Of a stretch of 64,000 nt of DNA, positions 14,629 to 29,469 are shown one piece after another. Within the stretch, counting starts at the first letter, position 1; each line of letters starts with the position of its first letter. The notes under the pieces were generated by a model. It saw nothing but the letters and a program-made list of their open reading frames with translations. It was not told where the DNA came from and made no database searches. A program made the position numbers and the translations under genes. The DNA lies in NCBI RefSeq assembly GCF_009914755.1, contig NC_060941.1, one strand, 5' to 3'. The stretch is from the human T2T-CHM13v2.0 reference genome, Homo sapiens.

Positions 14629-15829
14629 GACTATGAAGACCCAGAAGGGAGAGGGTGAGTATGAGTATGGGGCACAAGGGATAAGAAACTGCATATTAGG
14701 TACAATGTACATTACTCGAGTGATAGTTGCACTAAAATCTCAGACTTCACCACTATACAATTCATCCATGCAACAAAAAAACACTAGTATTCCAAAAGGC
14801 ATTGAAATAAACAAAATTTTAAAGAAGCATTGTCAGACTTACATGTATTCAATATATGATATTTCTAAAAACCCTGCCACCATTGTCTTTTCTTTCCAAA
14901 TAGGCTCTTGGTCCTCATAAGCCCTTGAGCAAACATTGTAGGCCACTATCTAATTTCCTTACATAGGAAACCCCAAAAAGACGAGGCTTCTCCCTCACTA
15001 CTTTACATTATTTCATCACAAACTATAAGGTATATCAAGAGAAATGTATATTTTGGGGGCATTATTTATGACTTTTCTACTCTGTGTTAGATGGTGATTC
15101 AGCCATTGCGGGTGGGAAGAGGAATGATCCATATTTGAGGATATTAGAAAATTTCACAGGAGATTGTCTGAATTTATTAAGTCAACATTTTCAGACCACC
15201 CTTAGTACTACTGACATTTGTCTGCTTCCTGCCTATATAACATGCATGGCTATCTAAACTCTCAAATACCCTACTACCTGGCTAGTTTAAGAGGCAAGCA
15301 CTAGCAGACTTGTTTACTTTGTTTAGATTGCAGCTGCTGTCGCCCTAATGTAAAGGTAATGCCATGACCCCAAGTATCTAGGATACTCTCACTGGAAAAG
15401 CTCTGCAAAGACTTCATTGGCATACTTAAAAGGCTGGATAAGGGAGAAATTTTGTTTGTTTGTTTTGGAAGTATGTGCACAGGCAAGGTCTGCTTTAATT
15501 CCTCTCTGCTGCATAAAGTGCTGTACATCTTTGACAGCCCTCAAATAAACAACATGAGGAAATAGAATAGAACTCACTGGAAAATTCAGGCCCTTGTTCA
15601 GCTCACCCCTTTAACCACATGTCTCTCCACCCTACCAGACACGTAGGAGCCTCAGCACTCTGGGGAATCTGATTGACTTTCTCAAGGCTGAATCTCAATA
15701 CTCATGCACTATCATCCACTTAACCTCCTTATTGCTTCTCAGTGTCCACATGCCCATTCTATTATTAATAACAATCTATATAAACTCTATTTGCAAGTAC
15801 AGATAAAGTAGTGACAATGGTGACAATGG

Positions 15830-16065
15830 CATAGTCTAGTGGATGAGAATAAAAGATGCAGTCAAAGACTGGTTAAAAGATCTTGCTCTCTTTTTCACTA
15901 GCTGTGAGACCTTAGGAATATTAATTTTATTTTCTAAGGCTCAGGTTTATCATCTAGAAAATGATGAGGAATAATTGTAACTACACCATAGGGCTTATTT
16001 TAACATTAAATGAGATAATGCACATAAAACAGTGCAGAGTATGGCAACAGTGAATTCTCAACAAG
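15830..16065 (+). mobile_element. MIR SINE
   Basis: actagctgtgagaccttagg...ctcaggtttatcatctagaaaatg...attaaatgagataatgcacataaaac. Confidence 0.8.
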
Positions 16066-17056
16066 AGTATGTAGTGTAATTAGAAGTTACAGCCTAGTGT
16101 ACCAGAAGGAGATAAACTCTTCTAGATTTGATACCTAGTCAAATGTTTTATTACATTTTCCACATCTACTATATTAGAATGATCAAGCCCACATCTTAAG
16201 ATTGTTAGCTGATGTGCACAAGATTGAAACTGGACCCACTTCTTACACCATACACAAAATGCAACTGAAATTAGATTAAAGACTTAAATGTAAAACCTAA
16301 AACTATAAAAACCTGGAAGATAACCTACGAGATACTATTCTGGACAAGGGACCTGGCAAGCATCATAACAAAGATGCTGAAAGCAACTGCCACAACAAAC
16401 AAATTGACAAATGAGACCTAATTAAACTAAAGAGCTTCCATACATTAAAAGAATCTATTAACAGAATAAACAGACAACCTACACAATTGGAGAAAATATT
16501 TGCAAACTATGCATCCAACAAAGGTCTAATATTCAGAATCTATAAGGAGCTTAAACAAATCAAGAAGCAAAAACCAAACAACCCTGTTAAAAAGTGGGCA
16601 AAGGACATGAACAGACACTTTTCAAAAGAAAACACACACGCGGCAGACAATCACATAAAAAAATGCTAATCACTAATCATTAGAGAAATGCAAATCAAAA
16701 CCACAATGAAACACCATCTCACACCAGTCAGAATAGCTATCATTACGAAGTCAAAAACTAACAGATGCTGGTGAGGTTGCAGAGAAAAGGGAACACTTAT
16801 ACACTGCTGTTGGGAATGTAAATTAGTTCAGCCATTGTGGGCAGCAGTTTGGCAATTTCTCAAAGAACTCAAAGCAGAATTACCATTCAACCTAGCAATC
16901 CCATAATTGCATATATATTCCAAGGAATATAAATCATTCTACCATAAAGGCACATGAACACATATGTTCATCATAGCACTATTCACAATAGTAAAGACAT
17001 GGAATCAACCTAAGTGCCCATCAACAGTATACTGGATTAAGAAAATGTGGTACATA

Positions 17057-17253
17057 TACACCATGGAATCCTATGCAGCCATAAAAATAGAGATTTTGTT
17101 ATTTGCAGCAACATAGATGGAGCTGGAGGCCATTATCCTAAGCAAACTATGCAGTATACCATGGAATACTATGCAGTCATAAAAATAGAGATCTTGTTAT
17201 TTGCGGCAACATGGATGGAGCTGGAGGTCATTATCCTAAGCAAACTAACACAG
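17057..17253 (+). repeat. ~98-bp tandem duplication inside the L1
   Basis: accatggaat...cctaagcaaacta occurs twice with period 98 and about 6-7 substitutions. Confidence 0.9.
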
Positions 17254-17401
17254 AAACAGAAAACCAAATAACTCATGTCCTTATTTATAAGTAAGAGCTA
17301 AACATTGAGTACATATGGATACAAAGAAGGGAATACTAGACACTAGGGCTTACCTGAGAGTAGATGGAGGGAGGAAGGTGAGGATCAAAAGCTACTTATC
17401 A

Positions 17402-17716
<315 letters not shown>

Positions 17717-17984
17717 CTATCAGGTACAATATGTATTACCTTGGTGACAAAATAGTCTGTATACCAAACCCCTGTAACATAAAATTTACATATATAACTA
17801 ACCTTCTCATGTACCCCAGAACCTAGAATAAAAGTTAAAAAAAATTGTTATTTGAAACATTTAGTCTGACACCCAAGAATCATAAAATTCGTAGGGTTGG
17901 GGATGGAAAAAATAAGCCATACTTAAGTATTTTTCTTTGGCCATAACTTTTAAATATGATTTACATTATCTTTCCAAAGGTATA

Positions 17985-18064
17985 ATTTATCTTACCTTGT
18001 GGTAACCCTGGAATTAGAGTCCTCATTTATCTTATCTTGTGGTACCCCTAAAATTAGAGTCCTC
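17985..18064 (+). repeat. 2 x 40-bp tandem duplication
   Basis: atttatcttaccttgtggtaaccctggaattagagtcctc repeated with 4 mismatches. Confidence 0.9.
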
Positions 18065-19017
18065 ATAGTAAAATTATCCCTCCATGTTCAATAGCTAAAC
18101 ATGCAAATTGTTCTTTGGATTGCAAGAGAGCTGTGAATTAGTACTAAGTCCTCAGCCAGAGAAACTTAACAGAGACTTCCATTGGGAACAGAGGCTGCTG
18201 ATAAAACTTCTCTATGTGTTCTTCTTAACTGAGTTGGCAGTTTAATTGATTCCAAAATCAATTTTCAATTAGTGGCAGATTGGCATTTCATATTAGCTGT
18301 TAAAATTGTGAATAATGGTGAAAAAGAAAAGCTTGTGACTTAGTAATCAGTTTTACCTATATCAAAAACACAATGGCAGCTAAAAGTTTAACAGAGACTC
18401 TGTGATCCTTCAAATGATGCAAGGTTTGAAGAGACACAAGGGAAGGGATTAGATTCACTTACAGGTGACATGGATGCTGTCAGCTGGCAGCCCTGATAAT
18501 CATTGATTCTTTCCTTGCCTTCATTATCTTCCATTTCTCAGTATTGGAATCCATAAATAAGTAGTCTCTTGTTTTTACCCTAAATAACCTTGAGGAAAAG
18601 AAGGAAAAAGGACTGAATAATTCACGAGGAAGAAAACTAGTTCTAGGTTTGCGAGATATGCCAGGGTAGGTTAAACTTTCAAAATTTCCTTCCCACCCTG
18701 GGCCTTTGTATTAGAAAATATTTCTCCCAATACATGCTTCTAACTGAGAGTAAAGATATACCTCTCTTTCCAAAAAGAGTCACCCTTGTTCACATATTCA
18801 TGCACCAGAGTTTTTTCAATCTTAGCCATTCTGAATACCTCCTAACAGTGTTGTGGTTTGTGTGCTAGGTCTGAATCAGTCGTCCTTCAGACCAGGGGGA
18901 GCACAGAGAGTCTATAGCCAAGATTATGAAAACTGTTTTCATGGCATCTTTATTCAGGTTTAGTACTAAATAGCTGATTAAAAAAAAGTACTAAAAACTT
19001 TACTAACATTAGAAATA

Positions 19018-19020
<3 letters not shown>

Positions 19021-19055
<35 letters not shown>
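19021..19055 (+). repeat. (GT)n microsatellite
   Basis: Direct reading. Confidence 0.95.
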
Positions 19056-19056
<1 letters not shown>

Positions 19057-19381
19057 ATGTCTGTATGCACACGACCCTTGGGTAGAAGGATTACAGGAAA
19101 TTGTTTCTTATTTTTTAACACGCTCTTTCTTGCCTTTTTCTGCTCATCCAAGCAAATACAGTTGTGACTGGGGTAAACAAAAATCCATTTCACAAAATGC
19201 TGGGGTCATTAGGCACAAGCTTAAGTAAACAAAGACACAGTTGTGTTTTAGAAAGGGTAGTTAATTAATTATAATATGTTACAAAGAAAGCACCATACAG
19301 TGTCTTGCATTTAATAGGGGATAATCATTGTGAAGGAATGAATAAATAAGTGGATGAAATAAGCGAATGAATGAAAGTGAT

Positions 19382-20193
19382 CTTTTTTTATATATACTTT
19401 AAGTTCTAGGGTACATGTGCACAGCATGCAGGTTTGTTACACAGGTTTACATGTGCCATGTTGGTTTGCTGAACCCATTAACTCGTCATTTACATTAGGT
19501 ATTTCTCCTAATGCTATCCCTCCCCCAGTCCCCCACCCCACGACAGGCCCCAGTGTGTGATGTTCCCCACCCTGTGTCTGAATGTTCTCATTGTTCAATT
19601 CCCACCTATGAGTGAGAACATGTAGTGTTTGGTTTTCTGTCCTTATGATAGTTTGCTCAGAATGATGGTTTCCAGCTTCATCCATGTCCCTGCAAAGGAC
19701 ATGAACTCATCCTTTTTTATGGCTGCATAGTATTCCACGGTATATATGTGCCACATTTTCTTAATCCAGTCTATCACTGATGGACATTTGGGTTGGTTCC
19801 AAGTTTTTGCTATTGTGAATAGTGCTGCAATAAACATACGTGTGCATGTGTCTTTATAGTAGCATGATTTATAATCCTTTGGGTATATACCTAGTAAGGG
19901 GATGGCTGGGTCAAATGGTATTTCTAGTTCTAGATCCTTGAGGAATCGCTACACTGTCTTCTACAATGAACTACTTTACACTCCCACCAACAGTGTAAAA
20001 GTGTTCCTATTTCTCCACATCCTCTCCAGCATCTGTTGTTTCCTAACTTTTTAATGATCACCATTCTAACTGGTGTGAGATGGTATCTCATTGTGGTTTT
20101 GATTTGCATTTCTCTGATGACGAGTGATGTTGAGCATTTTTTCATGTGTCTATTGGCTGCATAAATGTCTTCTTTGAGAAGCGTCTGTTCATA
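19382..20193 (-). mobile_element. 5'-truncated LINE-1 3' end (L1PA6-like)
   Basis: tatactttaagttctagggtacatgtgc...aactcgtcatttacattaggtatttctcctaatgctatccctccccc; minus-strand ORF fragments match the ORF2p C-terminus (WWECKV..., KTWNQPKCPS). Confidence 0.92.
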
Positions 20194-20589
20194 AGAACGA
20201 TTGGATCCAGGCGTCTATCATAGAGTCACAGATTGTTTTGCATAAATAAACATATAAAGACATTGTGTTTCCCACTTCTGATGGTGAGCACTGATACTGA
20301 TATGTAGCCCTCCCTGTCAATATTCATGGACTAGTTGGCTACCATACTTATGCATATTCCAACTGCAAGCAGAACAGTATGAACATTTCTATAAGGCCAT
20401 ATCAAACAAACTCACACTCACTAACTTCAAGAAAAGCTGTGTGTTTGATAGCTTATGGTCTATAAGTGGTAATATACTTTTGCCAACTATGCATACTGCT
20501 AAACTCAGAATTGACAGTAGATGGAATATGTAGAAACTAATGTATATTTTGTTGAAATTTTATGCCAATCTATTCATTTGTGAATAGAT

Positions 20590-20590
<1 letters not shown>

Positions 20591-20638
<48 letters not shown>
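20591..20638 (+). repeat. (ATAG)12 tetranucleotide STR
   Basis: Direct reading; more TAGA units follow the Alu at 20947-20974. Confidence 0.95.
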
Positions 20639-20945
<307 letters not shown>

Positions 20946-22525
20946 CTAGATAGATAGATAGATAGATACAGATATTTGTTTCCTGACACACTTGTCACCA
21001 TGGTTTTAAAATTTCATTTCTCATCACAAAGACTAACACTATACAAACCAAAAGCTATTGAGTTAAATAAGAGAAAATCAGGAGGCTGGTAATATCAATC
21101 AGAGGTTTTGCCTGGGGCAATGCTATTTTATGCCATTCTCTAATTTGTTTAGTAAACATATTTACAAATGTCTAAACTACTAATGTGATGGCTAATGGAG
21201 AAGAATCTCAGGAGATATATTAAACTGTAAAGTAAAATCATAGTCTCATCTTTAATGTCATCTGCAAATGGCTTTAATGTCATGAGATTGTATCTATATG
21301 GCACAAGAGGAAAACAGTCTTGTGAATTTACATACCCATATTTAGTATGTTGCCTGACCACAGCACTTTGCTGTGCCATTGCTAGAAACAATACATAGTT
21401 TTATACAGTTTCAGCGTTGCTGAAAGATCCCATATCATAAGACCCACTATGATAAAACATAATAGGAAGCCTGGTGCTTTCAACATTTTAATTTTAATTG
21501 TCACGAAATTATGCAAATTAAGAATCAGTATACTCATATATTTTCAGAGGAGAAAACGGATTGAGAGAGTTCCATCGGCTTGCCTGTGGTGGCAGGTTGC
21601 TCATTAGCATAGCCAGCAGTCAAGCAGCAGCCAGACACAGTAGTCGTGGATTCTTCTTTTCTTTCATACTTTTGTTCCTATGCCATACAGACCTTACTAT
21701 GAAAAGAAGTTATGCTGGCCCCTTTGGGGAAACATAGAATGACTATTAATACTATTTGGATTCCAACTGTGAAATTGTTACACCACATCTTTGAATGGGA
21801 ACCTAGAGACCTAACAGCAGAATTCCCAAAAAGAGACTTTCTGCCCAGTAGCTACTTTCAATGTTATTCTGTTTATTTAGGAAAGGCATTTCTCAGTATA
21901 TACGCTGACTGTTTTTCTATGTGAAGACACTTAACAAGGAAATAATGGCCCCATGGGTGAAAATCATAATATGAAATACCCCAGGGCATGTGAATTTTTA
22001 TTACATTAAATTAAAAACATACCATCTACTACAATCCCCCGGTAAACAAACAAAAAGAAGCAAGCAAGAAAAATGCTATGCAAATATTTTTATTAAGAAA
22101 ATAGCTTTTATAGGTTCTATAATGTTCACAAAATTAATAAAAGTTTATTGTATAAATTTGCATAATAAAGAAAAAACACAAAATTGCATGAAGTTCACCC
22201 AAAACACTAGCTGGAAATAAGCATTGTTTTAATTTTTATAATGCCTTCAAACAATTTTTCAAAAACCTGGGAGTATATTCTATGCCACTTTGTAGTTTTT
22301 TAAATCAATGATAAAAATTGAGAATTTTTCCTTTCATTACATATTCATCTAAAGAATTATTTCTAATATCTGACTATGAATATATTACATGAGTAATGCA
22401 ATTTAACCAGTTCTATATTGTTAGTCCCTTGGTGGTTTTCAATGTCTTATTAAATTAATACTGTGATAAATAACTTTCCATAAAAATGTTAGAAGAGGAA
22501 TTATTCTTCAAAACGGTGTAAGTGC

Positions 22526-22855
22526 AGTGCTTGGGTGTAGGTGGAGTATTAGCTCCAGGACTGACCCTCGGATACCAAATTCCATGGATGCTCTAGTCTC
22601 TTATATAAAATGGCTTAGTATTTGCATATAATTTATGTACATCCTCTGTATACTTTAAATTAAACTATCTCTAGATTACCTGTAATACTTAATACAATGT
22701 GAATATGTAAGTCATTGTTATGCTGTATTTTTGTTTGTATTTTTTGTTGCTGTAGCTATTCCTTATTGGTTTTTTTTTTTTTTCAGGAAAATATTTGATC
22801 TGAAGTTGGTTGAATCAGAAGACGCCAAACCGGCAGATATGGAGGACCAACAGTG
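22526..22855 (+). mobile_element. MER2-family (TcMar-Tigger) DNA transposon relic
   Basis: ggataccaaattccatggatgctc...ttatataaaatggcttagtatttgcatata...atctctagattac...gttggttgaatc...gatatggaggacc. Confidence 0.85.
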
Positions 22856-23019
22856 TAAAATAGTGACTCATGTTATCAGATTCATAATGCCTTCCTGACC
22901 AGCTGAAACTTCCTAACCAGCCCTAATTATTTTCATTAAAAATATATCACTTTTGAAAAAGTAACAGCTGAGAAATACTACCGTCATAATACTTTATATT
23001 TACTTGACATTGAGTTTGA

Positions 23020-23023
<4 letters not shown>

Positions 23024-23069
<46 letters not shown>

Positions 23070-23070
23070 T
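23024..23070 (+). repeat. (TA)n microsatellite
   Basis: Direct reading. Confidence 0.95.
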
Positions 23071-24004
23071 TTCTGTGTATACTCATGTATTTTGTGGGCC
23101 AGTTTTTATTTCTTTTTTGAAAATTTCCTTTCATTTTTATATTTTTTCTAATAGGTATGCTTAATTGTTTATGTTGGTTTCAAGAACCCTTTCATATAGG
23201 ATTAATGCTTCCTGATGATCATTATACTGTAAGTATTTTTTCCACCTATTATTTTTTTCCATTTTATTTGGCTTTTGACTACATAATTTTTATGTACTAA
23301 TACATGGTTTTCTCCCTTGCTTCAAATTTTAAAAACTCTTCTTTACTATTATACACATACACACATGAAGGGATACTCAGACAAGTGGAAAAATATTGAA
23401 ATATGTTAGTGTCCAACTTATAAATATTTTATAATTATTTTGAAATTCAGTCAGAAATAACGTGTGAGATAGAAATTATGTTATTTCTCACATATTTTCA
23501 TATTTGTAACTGAGAAAATGCATAATACATATGGTAGCTATGAAATATTACTATTATTAGGTAAAATTTGAAGTTTTTTTTCCTCTTTTTCTGGTACATT
23601 CATTTGTCACTCTATTTTTCTAATAACTAAATTTTACATTTGATTTTTTTTGTTATATGTTTCAGTATCTTAAAAAGGAAGCAACTGCTCCCTACCTTAT
23701 AATTTCTCTATATCAAAGCATTTAATAATTTTCGCCAGTTAATTCATCCAAATCAACTATATAAAAACTAAACCTGAGGTTTAAAGGTCCACTTGGGATT
23801 TTTATTGTGATTTTATTGGAGTTGTACATTTACTTGAAGAGATATACCATCTTTAAAATATTGCATCTTTCTATCGAATGTTACAGAATACTTATTTATG
23901 AAAGAATTGTTTATGTCCCTTGATAAAATTGTATAGATATTTTTAGAATTAACAGACACTTCTGTGAAGTTTGTCTATAGGAATTTAATAGCTTTGTAGC
24001 TAGC

Positions 24005-24300
24005 CACTCATTCATTGCACAAGTATTTGTTGATTCCCTGCACCATGATAAGCAGTTGCAAAAGAAAAATGATGACGAAAGAATGGGGAATATTCAAAAA
24101 TTGATAGATAGATTTAAAGTCATTGTAGGTTTTAAAAATTGCTTCAAAGGAAATAACAGAGTGCTGTGGTAAGACAGGAAGAACCCCCAGGGAAATTAAG
24201 ACTGAAAGGAAGGCAGAGGTCAGATTGCAAAGGGCCTGAAAGCAATGCTGAGGGTTTTGATATTTATTCTAATATCAGAGGGAATGCATTCTGATTTTCC
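24005..24300 (-). mobile_element. L2 fragment
   Basis: cattcattgcacaagtatttgttga and gaggtcagattgcaaagggcctgaaagc...tttattct. Confidence 0.5.
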
Positions 24301-24504
24301 AAGATAATTTATAAATATAAAAATGTGCTCTGTGTTAATTATGAACAAGTACATAAAATAAAAATTAAACTCTCAATGCTTTCTTCCACTATCTGACTAC
24401 TCAAGTTCTAAATGAGGGTATATTAGCTTTTATCATTTTACCCATTTCTAGAACTTTTCTTCACTATGGAACACTAATAATTTACTGAGCTATAATTATT
24501 CTCA

Positions 24505-24633
24505 TCCTCTCAATTAGATTGTAAATTCCAGGAAGGCAGAGGTGATACTGTTTTGTTTATCCGCCACATACTTAGCTCAAGGCCTTACTTACTAACACAT
24601 AATATGGAAATATTTATTGTTTCATGAAATGAA
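24505..24633 (+). mobile_element. L2 3' end
   Basis: ttagattgtaaattccaggaaggcagagg...ttttgtttat...acacataat...tgaaatgaa. Confidence 0.55.
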
Positions 24634-25053
24634 AAAATCCTTCCTGACATGATTATTCTTGACATGAATATTAAATAAGAGATACATAAATGAATCTGAC
24701 AGTTGTACTTTCTGTTTATGAACATGTACTGGTCTTTACAGGTGAAAAATGCAGAATAAATGAAACTGGCAAAAATATGTAAAAATTAGAATATTTTCTG
24801 ATGACTTAAATGTAAATAGTTTGGGCTACGATCTTTATTGAATCCATTTCTTAGTCTCCCACTCATCTCCTTCTATGTAATGTACAAAATGTGCATGTCT
24901 TTCTCATTAGGATTATACATTGATGTTAAGGAATCAGTTTAATCTTTGCTTCTTCCTTTCAAATAGAGGTGCTAAGATGTTGACATGTGCAGAAGACCAG
25001 TTATGATATTTCCTAGTTTGTTCACCAAAATAATTCAGTCTACATCCATTTGT

Positions 25054-25475
25054 TGCCTATCAATGACAGACTGGATAAAGAAAATGTAGTATATATACAC
25101 CCCGGAATACCAGGCAGCCATAAACAAGAACAAGATCACGTCTTTTGTGGGAACATGGATGGAGCTGGAGGCTGTTATCCTTAGCAAACTAACGCAGGAA
25201 CAGAAAACCAAATACCACATATTCTCAGTTACAAGTGGGAGTTAAATAATAACAACTTATGAACACAAATAAGGAGACAACAGACACTGCGATGTACTTG
25301 AGGGTGGAGGGTAGGAGGAGGAAAAGGAGCAGAAAAGATAAGTATCAGGTACTGGGCTTAACACCTGAGTGATGAAATAGCATGTACAACAAACCCCCAT
25401 GACACGTTTACCTATGTAACAAACCTTCACAGGTACCCCCAAACCTAAAATAAAAGTTAGAAAACAAAAAAAAAA
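25054..25475 (+). mobile_element. LINE-1 3' end (L1PA12-14 group)
   Basis: ggagcagaaaagataagtatcaggtactgggctta...aaaccttcacaggtacccccaaacctaaaataaaagtt plus A-tail. Confidence 0.88.
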
Positions 25476-28400
25476 CTTGCCTTGATTTCTGTCAGGTTTC
25501 TAAATTTTCTGGATCCAGACAAAGATATATTAATTTGTTTTATACTCATTTGTTTTCTTCTTTAATGATATTTATTCAATTGAAAAGTGTGTACTATTAT
25601 TACCTAAAACCATTAAAATTTAGTGAGAGGTTAAGGGAATGCCATAATTAATGTTTAATAGTTGTCAGAATACAAAATTATTTTAACAGCTTTGTTGAGG
25701 TGTAATTAACATACAATAAACTGCATACTGAAAATATATAATTTGATAAGTTTCAATGTGCATACATACTCATCATAATCACCATAATAAATACATTATA
25801 TATATATGCATCACTCCAAAAAGTTTTCACATGTCCCTTTGTAATACCTCCCTCTTCTCCTCCCCTCAACAATCACGCTACTGGTTTGTGTCTTTTTGTA
25901 GAATTTAAATACATGAAATTGTTCATGCAGTGTGATACTTTTTTTAAATCTTAAATCTTTTCTCAGAATAATTCTTTTGAGACTCATTCGTGTAGTGGAA
26001 TGTACCAAATGTATTATTTTTTATTGTAGAGTGGAATTTATTGTATGCATATATCATAATGTGTTTTCATATTTATCTGTTGATGAAAAGTCGACTTGTT
26101 TTTAATTTTTGCTATCACAAGTAAAACTTCTGAACACATTTGTGTATGAGTCTGTATGTAGGCACATACTTTCATTTTATTTGGTACTAACACCAAGGAG
26201 TAGAATAATTGGATCTTATGGTAGGTTTATATTTAACTTTTTAGAAAACTGCCACATTATTTTCCAAAGTTGTTGTTTTTTTTCACATTCTCAACACCAA
26301 TGCATGAAGAGTTCCAGTTACTCTACATCCTCATTAATAGTTGGTATGGTCACATATTTAAATTTTTGCTCTTTTTATAGATCAGTGATAATATCTCATC
26401 AGTTTTAATTTGCATGTCACTTATAATTAATAATGTTAAGAATATTTTCATGTGCTTATTTGCCATCCATATATCTTCCTGGGTATTGGTTGTCTGTTTT
26501 CTTATTATTGTAAATTTTGAGAGTGTATTATATATTCAGAATACACATCCATTATCAAATATGTGATTAACAAGTATTTTCTCCAAGTCTAGGGTTTGTA
26601 TTTTCATTCTCTTAACAGTGTCTTTGAAATACCAAAAGTTATTAATTTTGATGAAGTCTGATTTACCAATACTTTATTTAGTAGATCATGCTTTGGTGTC
26701 ATATCTAAGATACCTGAATAATATCGAATTATCTGACTGATGAAAATTATATGTCTCTCTTTACTAAGATATTTTGTAAAAATTTCTCTCAGCAATATTT
26801 TATCGTTTTTCAGTCTAAAAGTCTTCCATTTGTTTTGCCAGATTTATCTCAAATATTTCATATATTTTAATTCTTTTAATGAATATCAAATATCAACATC
26901 TGATTACCCATTATTAGTATACAGAAGCACAACTGATTTTACGTATTGCCCTTGTATTCTGAAATTCTGCTAAACTCTCATTACCAGCTTTTCTGTAGAT
27001 TCCACTGGATTTTCTATATAAATCATCATGTATCTGTGAATAAAGACCAAATTATTTATTCTTTTAATTACTTATTTTCAATATGGATGCAGTTAATTTT
27101 GTTTTCGTGCCTGATTGCACTGGCTAGCACTTGTAATACACTGTTGAATAGAATTGGTGAGAGTGGACATCCTTGCCTTGTTCTTGATTTAAGGGGGAAA
27201 ACAATTATCATTTAAAAGAGGCTTTCATTATTAAACATGATGTTACCTACAGACTTTCTTTGAATGTCTTTTGTAGTTTGAGAAGTATCATTCTATTTCT
27301 AGTTTTCTAAGAATTTTTGTCAGGAATGGATGTTAGAATTTGTCAAATATATTTTCTGCATCTATTGAGATTATCATGTGTCTATTTTATTTAGTTTGTT
27401 AATATGGTCAATATTATTGATTAATTTTTAAATAATAAACTAAGTTATGCATCATTCCTGCAATAAATTCCACTTGGTCCTGGTATTCTATTCTTTCATA
27501 TATTGTTGGATTCACTTTGCTAAAATTTTCTTAAGAATTTCTGTATGTGTTCATGAAGGATAGTCATTTATAGTTTTCTTTTCATAACATCTCCTTGTCC
27601 AATTTTTGTAATAGTGTAAGACTTTCCTGATAACATAAGTTTGCAAATATTCCTTCGTCACACATTTTCTGGAAGAGTTTGTTTAAAATTCATATAGTAT
27701 TTTCCCGAAATGTTTGGTAGAATTCACCATTGGAGTCATCTTGGTCTGGTGTTTTTTTTGTTATTAGAAGGTTTTTTTTTTTATTTTTTTTCACTGCAAA
27801 AGTAACTTATTTAACAGATATAGGGTTATTAAAGCAATCTAATTCCATTTGAGTAAACTATCATTTACTTTGGTAGTTTATGCATTGCAATGCACGCTCG
27901 TTTTGCCTAAATTGTCAATTTTATTAGCATAACATTATTCATAATGTTATCCTGTTAATGTCTTTAAATCTATAATGTCTCCTTTCATGTTCCTACAGCA
28001 GCTAACTTATACTTTCTCTCTTATTTTTTCTGATCGGTCTGGCTCTGGAATTTTGTCAAGTTTGTTGATATCATCAAATAATTAACTCTGATCCATTCAT
28101 TGTTTTTTCTTTTTTCTCTTTTCTGTTTCATTTGTTTCCACCTCAAGCTTTTGCCCCAAATTCTTATGTTTCTTTTGGTCTGTATTTGCTCTCACTTTCT
28201 AGTTCTTAAGGAGAAAAAAGTGAAGTCGCTAATTTCAGACGTTTCTTCTTTATTAGGCATTTATGTTTATATACTGTCTAATAAATATGGCTATAGTTAC
28301 ATCCCACAGATTTTGAAAATATGCACTTTTTTCTCCATTTTTCTTCAGTTCAGAATATGTTCTAATTTCCCCTTTGTATAGTTTCTTGACTCATAAGTTT

Positions 28401-28557
28401 TTGAAAGTTTTTTTTTGTTTGTTTGTTTCTAATTACTTGGGTGTTTTCAAAATATCTTTTTGTTTGTGATTTCAAATTAAATTCTACCATGTCTGAGATC
28501 ATACTTTGTAAGCTGAATTTTTTTTATAATTTTTAAGATGCATTTGATGTCACAGAA

Positions 28558-28753
28558 CACGGGTTGGCAAACTATGACCTGCAGGGCAAATATGGCCTTG
28601 GGCTTCTTTTTGTGTGGCTGATAAGCTAAGAGCGATTTTTACATTTTAAAGGATTGCAAAAACAAACAAAGAACATGTGACAGAAACTACAAAGGCCTGA
28701 AAAGCTTAAAACACTACTAATTGCTTTTTGCAGAAAAAGTGTGCTAACATCTG
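28558..28753 (+). mobile_element. MER58-family (hAT-Charlie) MITE
   Basis: gggttggcaaactatgacctgcagggcaaat...gctaagagcgatttttacatttt...cagaaaaagtgtgctaacatctg. Confidence 0.8.
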
Positions 28754-29150
28754 TCCTTCGTAAATATTACATGTACAACTAAATGTGTATTTTTATGTTT
28801 GGGATACAGTGGTCCATCAAGTCTCTGAAGTCAACTTGGTGTTGATAGTGTGGCTCAGTTCTTTCTTACCCTTACTATTTTCTCTTGCTTATTTATCAGT
28901 TATTGAGAAAGCAATGTTAAAATCTCTGATAATAATTTTGAATTTTATTTCCCCTTGCAACTGTCTCATTTTTTTGCTTCAAATATTTTGAAGTTCAATA
29001 ATTCACTGCATTAGTGTTTATAATGATTGTGTCCTTTTGATGCATTGAACACTTTATTCTTTATTAACTAACCTTTTTATCTCTGATAATATTTCTGGTA
29101 CTGACATATGCTTTGTCTAATATTAATATAGCTACTTCAGTTTTTACTGA

Positions 29151-29469
<319 letters not shown>

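Larger units (their letters stand above)
22250..24000 (-). mobile_element. Highly degraded L1ME fragments (interrupted by MER2 and a TA repeat)
   Basis: Patchy reverse-L1 motifs, e.g. ttgggatttttattg...ccatctttaaaatattgcatctttctatc and atttaaccagttctatattg. Confidence 0.5.

Noticed and set aside
18886-18904. CTCF-like motif (accagggggagc)
   Set aside because: Lacks the near-invariant CC at the 5' side of the core
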